Shown: positions 58,549-64,000 of the stretch, piece after piece | How positions within the stretch are numbered: position 1 is the first letter of the stretch | Layout: every line of letters begins with the position of its first letter | Virus record (IMG/VR): IMGVR_UViG_2744054526_000001 | Span: 1 to 64,000 of that record | Origin: a virus | Taxonomy: Duplodnaviria; Caudoviricetes | Strand: one strand, 5' to 3' | Length of the DNA stretch: 64,000 nt | Notes under the pieces: model-generated | What the model was told of the DNA's origin: nothing | Database searches by the model: none | The model's input: the letters and a program-made list of their open reading frames with translations, nothing else | Translations under genes and position numbers: made by a program

Positions 58549-60333
58549 ATGTGGTCAGATAAGGAATCATCAGAGGATTACCTAAATTTTGGTGAAGTAT
58601 CCCAGTTAGCTGTAGACGTGCTTACTACCGAAAACATGTTACCAGTATCAATCGGCATTTTTGGGAATTGGGGGGCAGGCAAATCTTCACTTTTGAAATT
58701 GATAGAGCAAAAACTTGAGCAAGATAAAAAAGATTGGATTGTAATTAACTTTGACTCCTGGCTCTATCAGGGCTATGACGATGCGCGAGCAGCTCTACTT
58801 GAAGTCATCGCTACAGCATTGACAAAAGCTGCTGATGGAAATACGCCTCTCATCTCAAAAGCGAAGAGACTTCTGAGCCGAGTTGATGGGTTTAGAGCAA
58901 TGGGGCTTCTGGCGGAAGGAGCTGCTTTATTTGCTGGAGTCCCTACTGGCGGTTTACTTTCTAGGGGAATTGGCGCGTTTAGGAATGTTACCGACGGTAT
59001 CCAAAGCCAGGAAGAATATGAGGCTTTGGGCAATCTGGCTAAAGAAGGCAAAGAGAAGGCTGGTGGTTTGATTAAACCTGAGGCTAAAAAAAGCCCTCCT
59101 CAGCAGATTGATGCATTTCGTAAGGAATATGGAGAAATTTTAGAAGAGCTTGGTAAGCCACTCATTGTGGTAATTGATAACCTCGACCGCTGCCTACCGG
59201 CTAATGCTATCCATACACTTGAAGCAATCAGGTTATTCCTTTTCTTAACTAATACAGCCTTTATCATTGCAGCAGATGAGGACATGATTCGTTCTTCAGT
59301 AGCTGATTACTTCAAGGGAGCATCACAGCGGCATCAAATAGACTATCTTGATAAGCTCATCCAAGTTCCTATTCGGGTGCCAAAAGCTGGGGTTCGTGAG
59401 ATTCGTTCATATCTGTTCATGCTTTATGCCATTGAACATGGCTTAAAAGGCGAAAAACTTACTACGCTCCGTGACGGCCTAGAAAAGGCATTACAGCAAT
59501 CTTGGAAAGATGAACCTATTACACGCCAGGACGCTCTGAAAATGACTGGTGAGTCTGAGGATAGTAACCTCGCTTTGGCATTTGCTCGTGCGGACCGTAT
59601 TGCTCCTGTGTTAGCCAATTCGCCAATTATCCATGGCAATCCTAGAATCGTTAAGCGCTTGTTGAATGTTGTCAAAATGCGATCTCAAATTGCCAAGCGG
59701 CGAGCAATGCCTTTGGATGAAGCAATCATCACTAAGTTAGTAATCTTTGAGCGATGTGTTGGAGTAGATGGTACCGCTGACTTATATCATCTAGTGGATA
59801 TTGAACAAGGTATACCACAGTTGCTTAAACAGCTTGAGGAAGCTGACGGTCAAATACCTACTGAAGCGCCAAAGACATGGACTGATAATCCAACAACTAA
59901 AGCTTTCATTGCTCAATGGGCTCAGCTTGAACCGCGCCTTGGTGGAATCGATTTGAGAGCCGCCATATATCTGTCCAGAGAAACTATGCCAATAGGTGCA
60001 TATGTGGTTGGTTTATCGTCGTATGGGCGGGAAGCACTGAATGCACTCATTGAAATGAAAAATACCAGTTCTCCCGCAGCAGAAGCTCTTTTGGAAACGC
60101 TTCCTCGTGAGGAACAAGTGCCTGTAATGGAAGGTTTAATTAGCCAGTTAAGGCAAGCATCGGATTGGACTCGTAGACCTAAGGGGTTTTCTGGTGCATG
60201 CCTTTTGGCTCGCCACTCGGCAGATGCTGCCAGTATATTAATTCGTTACTTGCAGGAATTGCAGCAGGGAACGAAGCCACCTGTATGGATGGCTGCAGCA
60301 TTGAAAGATGAGCAATGGAATAAGGACGCTTAA
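58549..60333 (+). CDS. qatA: QatA KAP-family P-loop NTPase
   Basis: GNWGAGKSS, IDNLDRC, YLDKLIQVP, NPRIVKR. Confidence 0.9.
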   Translation: MWSDKESSEDYLNFGEVSQLAVDVLTTENMLPVSIGIFGNWGAGKSSLLKLIEQKLEQDKKDWIVINFDSWLYQGYDDARAALLEVIATALTKAADGNTPLISKAKRLLSRVDGFRAMGLLAEGAALFAGVPTGGLLSRGIGAFRNVTDGIQSQEEYEALGNLAKEGKEKAGGLIKPEAKKSPPQQIDAFRKEYGEILEELGKPLIVVIDNLDRCLPANAIHTLEAIRLFLFLTNTAFIIAADEDMIRSSVADYFKGASQRHQIDYLDKLIQVPIRVPKAGVREIRSYLFMLYAIEHGLKGEKLTTLRDGLEKALQQSWKDEPITRQDALKMTGESEDSNLALAFARADRIAPVLANSPIIHGNPRIVKRLLNVVKMRSQIAKRRAMPLDEAIITKLVIFERCVGVDGTADLYHLVDIEQGIPQLLKQLEEADGQIPTEAPKTWTDNPTTKAFIAQWAQLEPRLGGIDLRAAIYLSRETMPIGAYVVGLSSYGREALNALIEMKNTSSPAAEALLETLPREEQVPVMEGLISQLRQASDWTRRPKGFSGACLLARHSADAASILIRYLQELQQGTKPPVWMAAALKDEQWNKDA

Positions 60334-61085
60334 TGGGAACTTCACAATCAAGTATAGGCCCGGGTGGTGGTTCTCCACTGGTTCCACCATGGGCTGATGA
60401 TCAGCCACAGCAACCCTTAACCCCGCCACAAGAACGAAGGTTTGCGCCTTTTAGGGAGTCTTTGGGAAATGCAGTTTCAAACGGCAATAGAGCAGACTTT
60501 AGAAAAGCAATAGGGCATTACGCGCGAAAAGCGTCTGGAGGGAGCAGTAGTGCAGCTCGACGACTAGGGAGTGTCACACAGGCTGGGGGCGGATTGTTTG
60601 GGGCTCTGGCGGGAGTGCAAGCGGCTCCAGGAGAACCAAGCATTGATTTGGGAAGCTTGGCTGGCCTTCCATGTGAAATAGCAATATCGGCTATTGCTCA
60701 AGCTTTAACATCACAGGATGGTGATTCAGAAAAGATTTGTGCTGCCATGAATCATGCCTTAGTGGAAGCTCTCGATGGTGTGGCAATTTTCGATCCTCAA
60801 AAAATAACTGATAGTGTGATCGTTGACACAATGATTTGTTATTTAGCTGAAAGCATTTTTCTGCAAATGGTCATGGATTCTAACAAGGCATGGAATAAAG
60901 CGGACACTCCTTCAAAGGCCATTCATGCAGAAATTGAACTTCGAGAATTGATCAAAGTTGTTGTTGATAAGCATATGGCTCCAAAACTTGTCGGTAACAT
61001 TAGGACTTTTACGAAAAACCAAATGGTTAAAATCGAGCGTCAGGTAATTACTGAGGCTTGGCAAGAATGGGAGGCCTATCAATGA
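60333..61085 (+). CDS. qatB: QatB
   Basis: MGTSQSS.GPGGG..LVPPWAD; between qatA and qatC. Confidence 0.85.
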   Translation: MGTSQSSIGPGGGSPLVPPWADDQPQQPLTPPQERRFAPFRESLGNAVSNGNRADFRKAIGHYARKASGGSSSAARRLGSVTQAGGGLFGALAGVQAAPGEPSIDLGSLAGLPCEIAISAIAQALTSQDGDSEKICAAMNHALVEALDGVAIFDPQKITDSVIVDTMICYLAESIFLQMVMDSNKAWNKADTPSKAIHAEIELRELIKVVVDKHMAPKLVGNIRTFTKNQMVKIERQVITEAWQEWEAYQ

Positions 61086-62386
61086 CACACTTAGTTTTTC
61101 ATCATGATCATCGTCTCTTACCGCCAGCAAGTGAGAACTTGTTGCCCGTACAGCTTTATGGATTAAGTGGGCAGGGGCGGGGTGATATATCCATTATTGG
61201 GAATCCTGCGATTGAGCGAATTAAGCGCTTGGGAGTCAAAATTCCAGCTCAGGTCATGGATTTTTTGAGCATCGCACTAGCGGTTACAGCGGCTGATACC
61301 TTCGTTCAGCGTGAAAGCTCTGAGGATGGTTGGACTCGTCAATTCTCGCTACGACTTCCCCTTCATGAGCCATCTCGATGGATTGCTCTAAAGAAGGAAC
61401 TTGAAAGCGCTTTGCATTTCCTTAGCGGAGACATCTGGGATTTCGAGTTTTGCACTGGTGGTTATGCACCGCCAGAACCCTATAGTCAACATTCAAGATT
61501 TCACCTAATCAAGCTCAAAGAACTTGATTGTGTCTGCTTGTTTTCGGGAGGATTAGATTCGGCTATTGGCGCAATAGATCTTCTGACAATGGGGCGCGCT
61601 CCGCTTTTAGTTAGTCATGCTTATAAAGGAGATAAGTCACGCCAAGATCAAATCGCTGAAAGATTAAATGGTCGATATTCACGGTTTGAAATTAATGCTG
61701 ATCCGCATCACTATCAAGGTGTGACTGACATTACGATGCGAACGCGGAGCCTCAATTTTCTTGCTTTTGCGGCAGTGGGCGCTTGTGCTATTCAAGAAGT
61801 ATCTCAACAAAAAAAGGTCGATATTTTTGTGCCCGAAAACGGGTTTATCTCGTTAAATGCACCACTAACCCCACGCCGGATCGGTACGTTGAGCACACGA
61901 ACAACACATCCATATTTTATTGCCAGCATCCAACAGCTGTTTGATGCGGTCGGAATTCCTTGCCAAATAATCAACCCATATCAGTTCAAAACAAAAGGGC
62001 AAATGGCTTATCAATGTTTGAACAAGCCACTATTGACTGAAATTGTAGAAAGTACAGTATCTTGCAGTCATTGGAAACGCACTAATCAGCAGTGCGGGGT
62101 ATGTGTACCGTGCATCATTCGACGGGCATCGCTTCATGCAGGGGGAATTAATAGAGACGCTGGTTACACTTTCCAGTCCCTGGCTAAAGTAATGAATGAA
62201 ATTGATCGTAGGGATGACCTTATCGCTCTAAGGATTGCAATCGCCCAGAAATCCACTTTGAAAATAGGAGCATGGGTCGCCAAGAGCGGTCCCTTGCCTG
62301 TGGCCGCTTTCAGTAATTTTAAGCAAGTGTTTATGGAAGGGCTAAATGAGGTCGAAAACTACTTATTGAGTGAGGGCATTGTGTGA
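61082..62386 (+). CDS. qatC: QatC QueC-like protein
   Basis: SGGLDS PP-loop, PENG, STRTTHP, CGVCVPC. Confidence 0.9.
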   Translation: MTHLVFHHDHRLLPPASENLLPVQLYGLSGQGRGDISIIGNPAIERIKRLGVKIPAQVMDFLSIALAVTAADTFVQRESSEDGWTRQFSLRLPLHEPSRWIALKKELESALHFLSGDIWDFEFCTGGYAPPEPYSQHSRFHLIKLKELDCVCLFSGGLDSAIGAIDLLTMGRAPLLVSHAYKGDKSRQDQIAERLNGRYSRFEINADPHHYQGVTDITMRTRSLNFLAFAAVGACAIQEVSQQKKVDIFVPENGFISLNAPLTPRRIGTLSTRTTHPYFIASIQQLFDAVGIPCQIINPYQFKTKGQMAYQCLNKPLLTEIVESTVSCSHWKRTNQQCGVCVPCIIRRASLHAGGINRDAGYTFQSLAKVMNEIDRRDDLIALRIAIAQKSTLKIGAWVAKSGPLPVAAFSNFKQVFMEGLNEVENYLLSEGIV

Positions 62387-63108
62387 GTATCGACATGCAC
62401 TGTCATCTTGACTTATATCCTCAGCCAGAACAAGTGGCTGAGGAGTGCAGACGTCGAGGGACTTATATACTGTCGGTTACAACGACACCGAGAGCATGGC
62501 ATGGGACTTCTTTACTGGCTAAAGGAAGCCAACGAATCCGAACTGCTCTTGGGCTTCATCCCCAAATTGCGCATCAAAGATCTCATGAGTTAGAGCTGTT
62601 TGATTCGTTACTTTCGGAGACCAGGTATGTTGGCGAAATAGGGCTTGATGGAGGTAAGGGGTTTAAAGAACATTGGGACGTCCAGCTGAAGGTATTTCGA
62701 CACATACTTAATAGTGTGCATCGTGCCGGAGGTAAGATTATGACTATTCACAGTCGGGGATGTGCATCAGATACTATTGATGAGATTGAAAATATTGATG
62801 GTATAGCGATATTACATTGGTTTACTGGGACTCCAAAGCAGCTAGAAAGAGCAATTGATTTAGGGTGTTGGTTCTCCGTAGGACCCGCTATGCTCGAAAC
62901 AATTAAGGGGAAAGCGTTAGTTTTGAAAATTCCTAAATCACGCATTCTTACAGAAACCGATGGGCCATTTGGTAAGTTTCATAATGTTCCACTAATGCCA
63001 TGGGATAGTGAGATAGCCGAGACTCAGTTAGCCGCATTATGGGGGGTGAGCCTGAAGGATGTTAAAGCTCAGCTTGCTGATAATTTAAGAAGACTGTGTA
63101 GTTATTAA
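62383..63108 (+). CDS. qatD: QatD TatD-family nuclease
   Basis: DMHCHLD, GLHP, GEIGLD, HSR, HWF, ETDGP. Confidence 0.92.
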   Translation: MSIDMHCHLDLYPQPEQVAEECRRRGTYILSVTTTPRAWHGTSLLAKGSQRIRTALGLHPQIAHQRSHELELFDSLLSETRYVGEIGLDGGKGFKEHWDVQLKVFRHILNSVHRAGGKIMTIHSRGCASDTIDEIENIDGIAILHWFTGTPKQLERAIDLGCWFSVGPAMLETIKGKALVLKIPKSRILTETDGPFGKFHNVPLMPWDSEIAETQLAALWGVSLKDVKAQLADNLRRLCSY

Positions 63109-63175
63109 GTGCTTAGATAAACTCACATCTTCTCAAAAATTTTTGGTTTTGGCTGTGCACAGATAATTCCGACGT

Positions 63176-63418
63176 TCAAGCGTCCCTTAAAATGCTTGTT
63201 GAAGTCAGGGTTGTTGGTGTCCAGCACGAAGTGGCAACCATCTGGAAAATGCACCTGACCTTAATGCTCTTCGAGTTCCAGCCTTGGGTGCTGTGCCATG
63301 CCCCGATAATCATATCTCCTATGTTGTCTTCATGATTGTAAACACCGTGATGGTAGTAGGCATCTTTGTTGAATAACAAGCAAATGTGGTAATGGTATTT
63401 ATCGCTTCCTAGAAACTG
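63176..63418 (-). pseudogene. Fragment of inovirus-Gp2/YagK-like HUH gene
   Basis: KYHYHICLLFNKDAY..AW; no N-terminus, frame closed by TAG at the palindrome. Confidence 0.65.
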
Positions 63419-63451
63419 CTACAACCTGCTACATGTAGCAGGTTGTAGCAG
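63416..63451. repeat. Perfect 36-bp palindrome
   Basis: CTGCTACAACCTGCTACA|TGTAGCAGGTTGTAGCAG. Confidence 0.95.
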
Positions 63452-63542
63452 GGTACCGAGGCAAACTATAAAAATTTCACTGAGAAATGTGTCAATTATG
63501 TTAATTGACAGAATGAGGATAAATACCTCAGCTAGAGAGCTA

Positions 63543-64000
63543 TCAACTGGCTAATCCGCTTAACCGCGGACATTGGCTTGTACCAAAGTTGCGGTAACCG
63601 CAGTGGACATCCTTAGTTCTGGTTTTGGCCAAGTACGCCAGTCGAATCAGGAAATCCCAGTAGACTGAGTTACGATCCAAAGCATCGAATCTGCTAAACC
63701 TGTAAACAGCATTAGGTGGGAATTCAGCTAATGTCGCGTACTCTTCGTGAGCAAGCCCTATAGCACTGCACCAAGCTTTCTGTATTCGGGTTGCCATATT
63801 TTTAGCATTGAGTTCTTGGTAATTGCCCAAGTATCCATACACATCCGCATTAAATAACAGCATCAGGTGGTAATGGGGATGCTCACTTGTGTCACGTTCT
63901 CTACACCACCCATAAGATGGAAATGTCGGGTCACCCGGTCTCTTGGACCGGTTATGATCTACCCGTAGCTGACTTTTCAGTGACTCGAAGAAGCGAGTGA
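63543..64000 (-). CDS. Inovirus-Gp2/YagK-family HUH protein (5' end outside window)
   Basis: Frame open to the window edge: TRFFESLK..WCRE..HPHYHLMLL..RLAYLAK..K..RNFG. Confidence 0.8.
   Translation of the reverse strand, partial: TRFFESLKSQLRVDHNRSKRPGDPTFPSYGWCRERDTSEHPHYHLMLLFNADVYGYLGNYQELNAKNMATRIQKAWCSAIGLAHEEYATLAEFPPNAVYRFSRFDALDRNSVYWDFLIRLAYLAKTRTKDVHCGYRNFGTSQCPRLSGLAS

Larger units (their letters stand above)
42343..64000. mobile_element. CP4-6-like genomic island with defence cargo (continues beyond window)
   Basis: ykfI-yafW-ykfH-ykfG-yafX-ykfF..yafZ-ykfA order next to the thrW 3' end, as in E. coli CP4-6. Confidence 0.88.

Noticed and set aside
61082-62386. Queuosine biosynthesis or Dpd DNA-modification cluster
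   Set aside because: No queD, queE, folE or dpdA nearby; the context is qatABCD.

Overview
The window holds two enterobacterial mobile elements in tandem at the thrW (tRNA-Thr CGT) attachment site. (1) 1-42342 is an almost complete temperate prophage; attL lies just left of the window and attR is the 46-bp thrW 3' repeat at 42297-42342. It is a mosaic of P22-like int/xis, Dam methylase, an ExoX/Sak4/SSB-like recombination module, HK022-like cI/cro immunity, O-type initiator with six iterons plus DnaB, a nin region, Q, a tRNA-Asn, a lysis cassette, and head and contractile-tail genes. Its morons are an exported protein, a TPR-like + HEPN gene pair with its own promoter and terminator, an O-acyltransferase and a LexA-boxed dinI. 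(2) 42343 to beyond 64000 is a CP4-6-like island (ykfI/yafW toxin-antitoxin, radC-like, antirestriction, WYL regulator, yafZ, ykfA GTPase, inovirus-Gp2 HUH genes) loaded with defence cargo: an HNH nuclease with a LexA-boxed M.NgoMIV-like C5 methyltransferase, a Lamassu/ABC-three-component system, an orphan 310-aa gene and qatABCD. The best candidates for undescribed biology are the TPR-HEPN tail moron, the SOS-boxed methyltransferase/HNH pair, the orphan gene between Lamassu and Qat, and the WYL-led envelope-protein operon. Family assignments come from motif recognition and recall, not database searches.
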